This document shows, piece after piece, positions 51,197-63,359 of a DNA stretch of 64,000 nt (the stretch's first letter is position 1; each line of letters begins with the position of its first letter). The notes beneath the pieces were generated by a model that saw only the letters and a program-made list of their open reading frames with translations, ran no database searches and was not told the DNA's origin. Source of the DNA: Larus michahellis (taxonomy: Eukaryota); the NCBI RefSeq assembly GCF_964199755.1, contig NC_133896.1, forward strand, positions 203,271,471-203,335,470. Reading direction: 5' to 3'. The translations under genes and the position numbers were made by a program.

Positions 51197-52459
51197 CTGA
51201 AAGACAGGTTGCAATTACAGTTGCTCTGCATGCATAACTACAATATTAATCCAGATACTGTGTATTTCCAATTCATACTGGTATAATCCTAGAGTCCAAA
51301 GGAAATATTTAAAAAACACACAACCTTTTTGGACCATATTTTAACTGAAACTTCCAGTTTAGAAACATGGGACCTCTGCACTTCATCCATAGACAGCAGA
51401 ACGAGCAGGACTTTTTTCAGGTGATAGTTCTGCTCAACTAAAATATGTATAACTTCAGAGTGTCCACTTTTCTGCAATTACTATGAAGATACGAAGGTGA
51501 GCAGGTGCCTAATGTTCTGCAGAGCTTTTAGCATCACACAGGAGGTCCAATAATGGGCAAGTTCTGTTGCGGCCAACATGGTACAAACCCAAAGCTATTT
51601 GGGGTAAGAGTGTTTAAGAAAATAAAAGCTGGGTAGAATGATGAAGAACCATGATAAGCCTTGGTAGCCTTATAAAGAATGATACATTTTTTTACTGGAA
51701 TCACGTATATGCTGAAAATTAAAACTTTCTGCATAGTTAGGACAAAGTAAAAACATTTAGAGAAGTCAAATCAAATGAAATGGTCATAAGTAGGAGGCAG
51801 TGGATTTTGCACCTTGACTAGTTAACATGAAGCATGCAAGAACTGGTGGATAGAGAAAAATGAAAGATTATTACATCAGAATGAAATTACATCTACTTTA
51901 CTCGGAAACAGGATGATAAATGCATGTACTTTTATTTGCCCCATATGACAAAAGTACAGCTTAAAAAAGCAGCAGCACTGAGTCCAGGTCTGTTCTGAAG
52001 TTCCCATTTGGAGATAGATGAGACTCTTTTTAATCATAACGTAACTTCTGCAGCTTGGGTAAGATTTACCCGGAACAGGTTGGCCGCTTGTTAGCTGTTC
52101 TCAGCATCCTAGAGTTCACAAATTTTAGGTATTGAAATACCAGCGATGCATCTCCTTATTCAGAGTTTCCCCTCTCTGACGATGAGAGAAGAAAAACAGC
52201 ATGGCAATTTTATCCAGGAAAAATACTTCCCCGGTTCTTTTGTGGAGGGAGAATATTGCTTTTAATCTTTTATGTGACACTTCAGTACTACAAAGCCAGA
52301 TGCATTAAAAACGTAAACTGAATATTTCTATTTAAATATTGAAGAGAGACTTAATCTCTATGGTTCTTATTTCTCTACATGAGGCAAGATTAACACTCTA
52401 CAACATTTGCACCACTGATACTTTCCTACTGAGATCTCAGAAATAAATCTGGAACTTAC

Positions 52460-52585
52460 CTTGTGATTAAGCACAAAATTAACTACTCCACCATTTTCTT
52501 TTATGCATGCTTTCAGCCTGCTCTTATCCTGAATGGGTAAGTATTTAATTTTAACAAAGAACACACAGTCTGCAAAGATTGCCAT
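52460..52585 (-). CDS. PARP4: PARP4 start-codon exon (exon 2; the exon extends to the acceptor at about 52592): MAIFADCVFFVKIKYLPIQDKSRLKACIKENGGVVNFVLNHK
   Basis: Human reads MVMGIFANCIFCLKVKYLPQQQKKKLQTDIKENGGKFSFSLNPQ. Kozak context gggcaATGG. Donor AAG|GTAAGT. Confidence 0.9.
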
Positions 52586-55500
52586 TGCCCTCCTGTTAAA
52601 AGAGAAAAGAATTTTTTATTTTGGGATGAGAAAACTTTCATCTAAAACTAAGTAGTCTCTCACCAAATATTTTGCAAATTGTTTGCAACTCTACAAAGTT
52701 CCAAAACAAATCCCATTTTATTAGCATGGTAATCAAATCCACCCAGAACATCTTGTAATTAGTGGTTTGTTTCTTTTTTTTTTTTTAATTATGCAGAAAA
52801 TTGAGTGTGACCTACATTTTCAGTAAAGTCATGGCTTGAACTAAGAGCCAAACTCTTGATCTCTTGCTGCTAACACCCCCTGTTAGTAACGTGGAAGTGT
52901 CTTAATTTAGACTGGAACAACCTCACTTTCATTTCCCCTTTCACACAGTATCATTATAAAATAACTCTCTTTTTCAAGAATGTGAACAGCTTTTCATGTT
53001 CCCACTCACTGATTTATAATCTGCAAACATAAAAACCCCCCAGTATTTAAAAAGAACTTTGGAAAGCTGATCCAGATTAAACCCACCACAGCAAAAAAGC
53101 CCCAAAACCCCAGCAACAATAAAACCCCCAAAACCAAGAAGCTAGTTTTAATCCAGATCTGTTTTCTGATTGAATTTACCTTCTGGCTTACGGCAAATAT
53201 TTACAAAAAGGAATAGTGTAGCAGTGGAAGTGATGGAGGTAGGGGAGAGATGCAAGTAAGGGGACTACTTCTTTTCTCAGCAGCGTCAACCTAAATTGTC
53301 TGTAAAACAACTTGAATGAAAATCGTCTGCATGTCATTTGTGACGAACTAGGCTAAGAGATGAGAGACTGGGAAAGTTTTACTTAAACAGGAGTAGAATT
53401 TATGACAACAAAATATAATGGCAGTGTCTGGTTTAAGTGAATAAAATGTATCATCGATGTGTATTTATTTTCCTGGATGCTTTATAAGTGTAAAATTATT
53501 TTAAAAACTGATGAGAATGATAAATGTAGCGTAAATGAGAACACTATACAGAGCACCGAGCGCTTTACATAGCATATGAGCTCCTCAGCATGTCACGGGC
53601 TTTCTAGGGTTTCCGAGCCCTTCAGTGGTAAATGAGTGTTAAGTGGGAGCTAGAAGGCCTTATGACTGGGTGGGTTCAGACAGAAGCCAAAACCAACGCC
53701 TCCACTAAGCTTATTTGAAGCAGGGTGCCCAGTTTAGTTTTCTCTGAAAGGCATTCAGATGGCACACCTCAAAACCACTTTGAGAACTTAACGTAAGGCA
53801 GCTCTTGACAACGAAACGGTTTGGCTTAAAATTGCATTGCTTCTCCAAGCCAAACTGCTAATGCAGACACACTGCTAACACTACAGTAACGACCACGAAG
53901 AGAATGCGTGCTTCTAAAACAAAATACTCAGGTCATAATTTTTTTTACCAACGATTCTTTGGATCCAATACACTGCGTCCATATCTCATCCAGAGGGTTA
54001 GTATCAGTGTCAGTGGCAAAGACATCGTTTTTACTCTAACTATTTGTATTTCTGGAAAAGCTACTTGATGATGTAAATTTTCCACAGTGACTTAAGGCCA
54101 AATAATTTTATTTGTGAGATAACTGGACAAAACTGACACTCTAGAATACTTGGCTTTCCAAATTCATCCTGGACTCACAGGATGAGGCAGAACAAATAAG
54201 AAACTGCTTGTTGAAAAGTAAAGATAACGTGAAAGGAAAGCAGTTCTGGTGTTAGCCAAAAATGTATGATATTCAGTGTCCTCTATCTTTGGGAGGCCAT
54301 TTGGAGAAAAAATGACCTTCCTCTGACTTAATGAGAGCTCCCAGATAGACTGCAAACGCTGATTAAGCTTCTAGTCTCCTACGTCTATAAATAAACAACA
54401 CCCACATTAAAGACTGCAAAAACGGAAGCAGACACTGTCTGAACTACTTGCCTTCATTTACCACTTCACATTTTTCTGCACGATGTTTGTGCAAATGAGG
54501 AAACATTTATTAGAACACTAGTTTCTTTGGACTAAAAATAACGAATTTAATCACCCAATAGGTTCTTCTGGCTTAAAAATAAGTATTGGTCAAATTGCAC
54601 CAAAGCCTTTACAAGATCAACAAAACCTTTACATCAACCCTGCAGAAAGATTCCACTGTAGTGTGGAGTGTGAATAAACCAAAAGACTGTAAGAACGCAG
54701 AGGAAATGTTTAAATGGCACTGACAACAACATTTCACAATCTAATATAAGATTATTGTTTCATTAATTTATCAAGGACCCAAGTCTAGAGCAGATGATTA
54801 GGATCAGGTTTCAGGTTTAAAAAAACCCAAACAACACAGTAGCCTGAAGTAATTTTGGGGTGGGATTTAGAGTATGTTACCTATACTACATTTATGGAAT
54901 GTGTTTATTTTCTTATTCTCTGGCCTATTAGATTTTCAATGTATGCAGGTAAAGTTGTTCTTCAGTGGAATAAAAAAGAAATCAGATGGCCACGGAATAA
55001 ATTAAATTATAAGCTAAATAATAAAACATAGTTATTCAAGGAGAGAGAGCAAGATAATTCACTTGAATTTAGGGTTTCAGGAAAACCTGGGAAATTAACA
55101 CCACAAGACACAATTTTATACAAGTCTGTCTAATTTTATCTCAGAAAGGTAATCTATAGCAAAGGCCCAAATCATCTACTGCACTATACACCTGATAGAA
55201 CTGGCGACTCTGTCCATTTAGGCACAGGCAGCAGGTCAAAGGGCACATGAGGTCATCATATACCTATATTTTCTGGCTCTTGTTTTTGTTTTTTATGGCA
55301 TTAGCAGTGCTTTTGGCATACAAGTACACTCTGCTCACACAAAAAACCAACTCTCCATATTTTAACCAAAAGTTTTTCATGAGATACTATGTTACCAGAG
55401 GTGATAAAAATCTTTTATAATGCAGCCTTGTTCTGCCTTGGCTCTGTGGGAAACTGTACCTTTAAGAAGCTCTACTTTGTGGCGTAAAGTGTTATGTTAA

Positions 55501-57675
55501 GCTTCTTTTATCAACTTTATTTTGAATCTTGTCACAAACAAGATAGATTAATTTAAGGCATATGTAAAGCCAAATGTGACACTGCCAAAGGCTTCCTTTA
55601 ATAATCATAGTATAAACCTGGACACTGCTTCCCTCTTCACTACAGCTCTGTGTGCACTAGTTTTCTCAATATATTCTCTAAAGCAAATTCTGGGCATTGC
55701 TAAAGTATCCCCAGAAGCTGTCTTCTCAGGAAATAACGAACTCTACTTGCACAGCCAAAACAAAAAGTTTATTAGAAGGCAACGAAATACATACAACCTA
55801 TTACAAGCATCAGCCCTGCCTATACATCCATATCTCATCAAGAAAACACCAGAAGCAACTGAAATCAGTAGCTACATATGGTGCAAAACTCCACAAAAGT
55901 ATTTTATATTACAGCCGCTTATGAAAATCAAGCTGCTAAGAACTGAGAAAAAAAAATTATTGTGAGAACTGATCTGTAAATAAACCGTAGGTCAGCCAGT
56001 AAGCAGAAAGGAATGCATAAACTTGAGGGATTCATTTCCTGCAAGTCTGTCTGCAAAGACTCCCCCTTCTCTCTTCCCAGCACAAGGTATTAAATGAGTC
56101 CTGATCCCACTCCTCCTCTTAGATTCTGAGGGAGCCAAATCAGTTAAACTCACCCACTCAGGCAACTTCCTTCCCTGAAAGATCTTCCTGCTTCCTCAAC
56201 AGCGTGAGGTACAACTGGAGAGCCTGGGTGTTGTAGGTAGGAAGGGCTAGGACACACTCATACCTCCCTGTAAAAATGCCCAAATGGACAGCAACCCAGT
56301 CAAATAAATAAACCAAGCAAAGTGCAGTCTACTGCACAATAAGGAACAGTAACCCTTGCTGCAACTTGGGAGGAGAAAGAAATTGCCACTGTTAAAGTCC
56401 AAGTGAACTTTGGAATACCTGACAGAGAGCAGGAAATTGGGTTAAAATCTATTCAAAGTTTATCCCAGGCAGTTTTTCTCTCCCTTGAGTGAAGAAGACT
56501 TTATTCTCTTTCATTGCTAATGGATGCTACCACTGAATAGTAGCCTTTCTTCCCCTATCTCCCTAGAGAACCAAACTTCTCAAGGAATTTTAGCAGTGCT
56601 TTGGCTTTACTCTTTTTGAATGGCAAAATTTCCAAAATTCAAAATCAGAATAGAAAACTATTGTATTTAATCTGTGTATTGAGAATCAATTAACTGCTGA
56701 TAAAACACTTTTATAACTGGAATACCGTGTTGTTGCAGAACCAGATAAGGAAGTTATGCAAAACGGAACTGCCACCAACTGTGACTGGTTTTATTGTTAC
56801 AATTTTAATTTATATTGGTGGAGATCCATAAGTCCCCGATACCCTCAAAAGGATTTCACACAACCACACAAGCTTGTACTTCACGATCAAACCACAAATT
56901 CAACACCATCATTAGCAATGCGTTACATTTTTAGCAAAGAGGGAGCCAAAAATGAATTTTTATTGTCCAACAATAGACCATGAATAATCTATAGTCCTGT
57001 AAGGCCTTCAGCGTGCAGGTAAACTGAAAACAAACCTCTACTGTATTTTCCCATTAAAGACGTCAAAGGGACTAAATGTGATGCCGTGCTTTAAAAAAGC
57101 ATGAGTACAAATCCTCGTATTTTCTAGCACAGTAGCTTCCCACTGTTAAAGCAGAATCCAGTCTGAGAACAATCACGTAGACAATATATTCATAACTGAC
57201 GAAACCACAGCACAGAAAAGCCAATGGGAAGTTTAGCAGAAAGAGCCCTGTGCACTATAGGAAGTAACAGCGGAAAATAAAAGTAGGCAACAGAAAGGGC
57301 TTCCCTGGGTTTGTACAGCCTAGGGCTTGGGTTTGTACGTGCCCAGAAAAGCTGCAAAAACAGGTCACAGCCTGCGAAATACCACAAGTTTCTGGAGAGT
57401 GACACTCTGACACTCACCGGAGTTCAGAGGAAATCGCTAATTTCGCTGAGGGAGACGGAGCATGCTTAAAGCACAAAATGTCAGAAAGCCGGGGGATGCT
57501 TTTTACCCAGTTATCTCTCCATTCCTCCCTTACTGCAGCGATTTAAAGATTAAAAGGGTATAACTAGCCGCAATAAAAGCACGGTAAAAGCCCAGAGCCT
57601 CACCCCTGCAAAAACCCCCACGCCCTGACAGGCTTGCGGACAGCTCACGGGACAGGAATCTCCTCACACACCGCG

Positions 57676-57713
57676 ACGGACGGGACGGAACGGGACGGGA
57701 CGGGACGGGACGG
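57676..57713. repeat. (CGGGAC)n hexanucleotide microsatellite, about 6 units
   Basis: gacggacgggacggaacgggacgggacgggacgggacgg. Confidence 0.9.
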
Positions 57714-57872
57714 CCGCTGAAGAACTCTGCGCGGATACGGCCTTCCGCCTCGTCGGGAGCGGCCCTGCCCGAAGAGAAGCCCCGTCTCCCCGAAGAGTCA
57801 CCGGCCGCGACGCAGGAAGGGGCCCGGGAACCACCGCCACCTGATGAAAGAAGGGAGGGAGAGAGGGAGAGC

Positions 57873-57898
57873 AGGCCAGGCCAGGCCAGGCCAGGCCC
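57873..57898. repeat. (CAGGC)5 pentanucleotide microsatellite
   Basis: gcaggccaggccaggccaggccaggcc. Confidence 0.9.
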
Positions 57899-58034
57899 AG
57901 CTGCCGGAGAGACACCCCTCCACCTCGATCCCCGCCACCTCTTCCCGCCCCTGACAGCCCCGGGCAGGAACCTGGGCAGGATCAGCTACTTCCCTGTTGA
58001 TGCCCGTCAACGGCCTTTTCGCCGCCGAGTCTCT

Positions 58035-58053
58035 CGGGAGCTGTAGTTCGAGC
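58035..58053 (-). promoter_or_regulatory. ACTACA-N-CCC motif (ZNF143/THAP11 SBS-like), minus orientation
   Basis: Plus strand reads gggagctgtagttcgagcg. The reverse complement is cgctcgaACTACAgCTCCC. Confidence 0.5.
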
Positions 58054-58097
58054 GCCCCAGAGCCGCCTCGCCGTTGGGCGGGGAAGGCGGCGCCTGA

Positions 58098-58120
58098 GGA
58101 CTACAACTCCCAGCATGCCC
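58098..58120 (+). promoter_or_regulatory. ACTACAACTCCCAGCATGC motif (ZNF143 SBS-like), plus orientation
   Basis: ggACTACAACTCCCAGCATGCcc closely matches the extended ZNF143 consensus ACTACAATTCCCAGCAATGC (established knowledge). Confidence 0.6.
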
Positions 58121-59819
58121 GGCGCCGGGGCGGTGCCCAGCCAGTGGCGCCGGGAGGCAGCGGGATGGCGGTAGGTTTGTAATAGAAGGAGAGCGGTGGT
58201 GGCGGCGGCCAGAGCGGAGCGTCTTGAGGAGCGGCGCCGGGTGCTGCCGCCCCGGTACCTGTGAGGGGCTGCAGGTCGGAGCTGTCGCGGTGCGGGCGCT
58301 TCGGGGGCGGGGGAGCGGCGGCGGCCCCCGTGAGGGCGTCGCGGTGCCGCGGGATGGGGCGGTGTCCGTGGGGAAGGGGATGCGCCCGGCCTGGCCCCTC
58401 GGCTCGGCTGAGGAGTCTGGCTGTGCTCCTCTCCCCACCGGCGACCTTCGGGGGGATCCTTTTGTCCCTCCTCGCCTCCCCGGGATGGGTCAGCTTCATC
58501 CTTGCCGGCTGTCATGGAGGTGCTGCTGCCCTGAGGCTGCGGGGGAAGCTTTACACTCGGCAGGCTGCCTCCAAAGGGTCCCCAGAAGGTGACAGGAGAA
58601 ATCGTTTGTGAACCCTGTCGGCTTGAATTGGCCCGTGCGGGAATCTGTACCTCGCTGAGAAACTTCCACTGGTGTCTCAAACCAGGAGGCGGTTGAGAAA
58701 CATTTGCCTAAGGGAACTTGGCTGTTTCTCCTAGTCACGGTTTCAAGCTTTGGTTGAAAACATAAACCCTGTTACAGCAGGGAATATAGGACGAGCAGGC
58801 ATGAACTCATCTCTTGGGAAGAAGGAAGCTTTAAGAAGTTACTTCCTGCTCATCAGGGGCCTGGGCTGCTGTAGTTGTCTGTCCTTTGCCCTCTGGCCCC
58901 TTCTTTCCTCTGTGTTCCCCACTGCACACCATATGCACAGGCAGAGAGTTGAGTGCCCCGGGACTAGTTTGAGGTGGCGGGGCTGAGTACTCAGGCTTTT
59001 GCTGCCACACCAGCATCGGCAGCAGTTCTATCTCTTTTTTTTCTTCCTCAGTGAGGAAATCACTTTGGGTCTCCTGTCTACCCAAATTCAATCATGTTTT
59101 ATGACACTTGTAGGAATTCAGTTATCACTGAAACTTTTGCAGTCTTCAAACTTTTTTTTCTGGATGGATTTAAAAGAAGCTGGTCGAGAGGAGGAAGCTA
59201 ATAGGCAGCATGGTTGTAGAGTTTCCATGAGAAACTAAGGCAGACACAAAACCAGTAAGTGCTGCATTGAAATATGTGCAGTGGAATGTTTGTATGTAGA
59301 TTGACATATTTGAAACTTTGCATTAATATGAAGGTCCTGTGTGGGAAGTCTCTCTTTTAGCTCCTCAAATCACCACTCTCCTTTTGTTGCGGGCACTTCA
59401 AAAAATATCTGAATCCCTCTCTATACTACTGAAGAGAATATTATACACAGCTCTACACTATTTGAGATAATATTAGCTGCACTCAAATAAATAGTAAGAT
59501 TGGAAGTTGGATTATATTGACTTTCTGCACAGAAAGTTTTTGTTACTAATTGTCTAAATTGTTCCTATTGCCTAGGGAAATGCAGATTGTGACTTATTTT
59601 TATATATACACTGGGTTGGTTATAAGAGAGTAACTTTCTTTTACTGGGAATCTGTTATTGTAGATTTCTTATTTTGTTTATCTGTTTAATTTCTAGGTGC
59701 TATAAGTAGGTAACCATCCATACCTGGAACTTTGAAAGTTTTACTGTCCTAATGCTACATAACGTAATATTGTTATGTTAATGCTATATCAGCAAATAAA
59801 TTGGAATACAATTTACAAC

Positions 59820-60200
59820 ATGCCAACTGTTGAAGATCTGAATAGTGAACCAAACTTCATTGCACAATGGATGTCCAGTTGTTCCCGTGCTGGAGTCTTA
59901 CTAGATCCTAATTTTACTGGTTTGAAAATCAGCAAAGAAAATTTATTATCTGGACCTAAAAACATCACAGCTCTCCCTGCTGAAGTGTTGCATCTTTCAG
60001 ACAGCTGTTCTGTAAGTGAGGACTCCTTGCGTGAAGAAGAGTCTGGCAGCACTTGTACACTTCAGCAATGTACCACTGAAACATCTTTTCCAGCAGCTGC
60101 ATATAACGTAGAAGCCTCTAAAACAGACTTTGTCCACGGTGAAGTGGATGGTCAGAATAAATCTGATCACAGCGATCCACTCCTACAAAAGCTTGAACAG
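59820..60200 (+). CDS. CENPJ: CENPJ coding exon (start codon; the exon begins at about 59793 after the acceptor tatatcag): MPTVEDLNSEPNFIAQWMSSCSRAGVLLDPNF…DHSDPLLQKLEQ
   Basis: Human reads [35 protein letters not shown]…DPLFKKLEQ. Donor CAG|GTAAAA at 60200. Confidence 0.85.
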
Positions 60201-62183
60201 GTAAAAGTTCTAGAATTCCTTGATGTACATCAATTAAGATTTTGTTTATGCATGTGATTTGTCATACCTGTAAGTAAGCAAACTCTTTGCAACATATAGA
60301 ACATGACAAGCTTAAAGAGCATGTTCTAAGTCACAGTTTCGTTGCATAAAAATTGGTGTCTTCCTCATGATGTGCAGTTATTGAGTGTCTTCTTGTTTCC
60401 AGCTGGCACGAGTTCCAGTTTAAAATGAAATTAAATTGTATTCAGTTGCGGGGTACTTGTTCTCAAAATCTCTTTACCTGGGAAGCTACACACAGTTTTA
60501 CAATGTTCTGTTGTTTCTTCACTTCAAGCTGTGGAAATGGGGTACTGGTCATCACAGTGGTCGTACTTCACCACAGATATTCACAGCGTGGTGAAGTTGT
60601 ATGTTCTTGTATCTATAGCAACATCTTCTGTTAGTTCTCAAAGTAGGTATGTACACCCATATACCTGCCTCTGTTTAGATGAAGAGTTAGTGTTGAATGT
60701 GATGAAGTATCCAAGACACTGGAACAGAAAGGCCTGGAATTCCAATGCTGTGATGTTATTGTTTTTTTCCAGAGCAAGCATGTCAGTTAATCCGCTGTAG
60801 CTGGCTATAGGTTCGCTTGTACCTCTTACCAATTGCTACATATAAATTGTGTTAGCTGAAAGTGTTCAGAGGCACTTTAATAGATCTTCCTGTTAAGGAT
60901 TAAGAGCTCACTTACCTCCTTGTCCACTCTGCTAGCAGGTACCTCAGTATGAATCCCTGTGTCTGTTCACTCAGGTGAGGTCTGTGTGAGTCTCTGGAGT
61001 AGAATTCTACAACTTACCTGGTGCTATAAAAGCTTTCTCCTCTATTTTACATGATAGGAAAAGAAATATTTACTTTTTCAGTATTGTTAGCAGTATCAAA
61101 CAGTGTCTAAATGACAGATATTAGCTGGTTTAATGGTATTTTAAGAGGAATTCTTAAGTCTCCTGTCTTAGAAAGTTATTGACAATCTAATATATCATAA
61201 AAAAAATAAATCTGATGTTTGTAATGTCGAGTGTAGTTTTTTCACTTTGGTTTTCTGAGGATATTATTATTGGAACAGGTATGATTTCTTTAATAAAGTA
61301 AGTGAAGCGTTTGGATATGAGACTTAGGCAATCTTTGGATCTTGATCATTAGCTCATAGCTTCTATTTGCATAGTGCCTTACTTCTGTTTTCACTGTAAT
61401 TTTAAGGATCTACAAGGGAAATTCAAGGGAATTTTTTTCTTACCTGTTGGGTGACAGGTGTGGTCCAATCGTTCATCTGTGGAAGGATTTCATCAGGCCT
61501 CCTGCCATTCCTTTGGAGGAGCTGAATCTAGCAGATATGTATGCATTGGGGAGAGAGATGGACATGGAAGCCCACCACCCATTGCTGTGGCTTGGTAGGG
61601 TGCGTAATGCCCTGCCCTCGTATGGCCCTCGAGGCTGGTTTTGAGACAGTGCCAGGGATTCCTGCTACACAAGAAAATGCAGACTGGATTACTGCATTTA
61701 ATCAGTATTTTAATTCTTTTTTCCAGGCAGCTTCATGAGTTCTTAATGTTCTCTGATGCTCTTTTTCCCCTCTCTTGGTCCTGTGTATCAGTTCTGCTCA
61801 CTGTGAGATCCTGGAGAGAAAGACACCCACACTTTTTCTAAAGCTTTAATTATTATGAAGTATTTAACACTTTAATAAAAACATGGCATAGTATAAGTTA
61901 ATGTTAAAAGAGCAGAATTTGAATGTTTTTCCCATGCAGTGGAAATGAGTGTTCTGATTCCTATTTTTTACAGATTAGTCAATTAAAGACTAGTGGGACT
62001 GGTAACTGGGCAAATTGGAAATAGCATGCGCGTTCATAGATAGAAAAATTCATTTCCTTCAAGTTACACTTACCTAATGGAACATCTTTAAAACAAGAAA
62101 TACCAGTTGTCTTGATGACACTAATCCTGTGATACATTTTAAGTAAACCTAGCCTCTAATACATTTATTTTTTGTTTGAAAAG

Positions 62184-62307
62184 CTGAAGGAATTGCAACA
62201 CCAGAAACAGGAACAGCTAAAGAAACAACAGAAGGAGCAACTTCAAAGGCTAATGGAAGAGCAGGAGAAGCTACTTAGCATGGTATCTGGCCAGACAGCA
62301 GTTCTCG
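62184..62307 (+). CDS. CENPJ: CENPJ exon: [41 protein letters not shown](G)
   Basis: Human reads [37 protein letters not shown]. Acceptor tttgaaaag| and donor G|GTAAGT. Confidence 0.9.
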
Positions 62308-63125
62308 GTAAGTTGAGAAAGAAAGCATATAAAGTACTTTGGGTAAACTGAAGAATTTAATCTAATTTTCCAGTTAAAATCTGAAAGAGTATTCAGTGTT
62401 CTTCCTCTTAAGACTACTTGATTAGGCAAAGATAAATGTTGCATCACTTCAGTGCCTGAAAGTTGAGTGCTGCTGTAGAAGGAATACTATTCCGTTTTTA
62501 TAAAATGCCAACTGTACTTGTAACTTGATCAGTGTGTGCTATGATGGGAGCCATTGTTTTGAAGAAAATATTTTAAATATAGAAGACAGTGTAAAACAAA
62601 CAGTTGCTTTCCTTTCTGATTAGCTGTTTCTCACAATACTTCTGATTGCTTTAAGCTGCTAGTGTGTCCAAATGAAGTGGTCTCTCCTTGTTTATGGTCA
62701 TGCAGCACAAATTTGTTCAGCTGATGAACTGAACTAGACTGGGAGCTGATCTGTGTTGAAAAACAAACATTTGTAACCTGTATCAGTTTTCCAGTCTTTT
62801 TTGCTGTGTGCAAAGGGAAGGGACAGTGCTGGGATGGAAAAAGCTTTCAGAGTTGAGCAGGAGTATTTTGTTGGCAGTGTCGGTCCAACCTGACTTAAGA
62901 GAGTACCTTTCTTTCACTCTGCCTACGTGAGAAAAATGAATTTAGGGCTTAGCATTAGGAGAACAAAATTCAGATTGCCTAATCACTTATTCTTGATCAG
63001 TAACATAAGGATGGAGGTTGGGTGATCAGTCTTGCCCTTCAGTGCCATTTCTTTTCTCCTGTGGAACAGTGGTGTTGTCATGCAAATACGAGACACAGCC
63101 ATTTTTTTTTTCTTTTAATGTCAAG

Positions 63126-63359
63126 GCTATACTGTAATGACTGAAAATCAAAAGCTAAGACCTGGGCGTTCAGTGGGCTTAACACCTTTACACCAGTTGC
63201 CATCATCTGGGTCTCAGAATCACTTTGAAGATAGAGCTTACGCTCCAATTATTTCTCCATGTACACAAGACAGTGATCTTTTACAGAAGTTAAACAACAA
63301 AGAATGCACCTCATCTTTGAAGAACAGTCTTTCAGAAGTGTCCGGCTGTGAGAAACAAG
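63126..63359 (+). CDS. CENPJ: CENPJ exon: (G)YTVMTENQKLRPGRSVGLTPLHQLPSSGSQNHFEDRAYAPIISPCTQDSDLLQKLNNKECTSSLKNSLSEVSGCEKQ
   Basis: Frame continues from the previous exon. Within ORF 63137..63427. Acceptor t-rich…tcaag| and donor AAG|GTATGT. Confidence 0.75.

Larger units (their letters stand above)
6315..57900 (-). other. PARP4: PARP4 (vault poly(ADP-ribose) polymerase, VPARP) gene span. 5' UTR exon in the CpG island, stop at 6506, polyA signal at 6336-6341.
   Basis: 29 coding exons were identified by conserved peptide motifs (BRCT, PARP regulatory and catalytic, VIT, vWA). Splice phases are continuous from exon 2 to 9 and from exon 10 to 30. See individual CDS features. Confidence 0.85.
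57672..57900 (-). other. PARP4: Putative PARP4 non-coding exon 1 (5' UTR). The TSS is not determinable from sequence. Candidate donor GCG|GTGTGTGAGG at 57672/57671.
   Basis: Exon 2 has an upstream acceptor and no in-window upstream partner other than the CpG island. A minus-strand donor-like site lies at the island edge. Confidence 0.3.
57650..58650. promoter_or_regulatory. CpG island and bidirectional promoter shared by PARP4 (minus) and CENPJ (plus)
   Basis: About 1 kb of very high GC and CpG content. The first coding exons of PARP4 (52.5 kb) and CENPJ (59.8 kb) both point away from it. ORFs 57982..58680-, 58007..58438-, 58224..58592+ and others are GC artefacts. Confidence 0.75.

Noticed and set aside
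57664-58738. Overlapping ORFs on both strands in the 58-kb CpG island, for example 57982..58680- (232 aa) and 58224..58592+
   Set aside because: They are Arg/Pro/Gly/Ala-rich translations of GC-rich promoter DNA. They have no similarity to PARP4 or CENPJ and no splice context.
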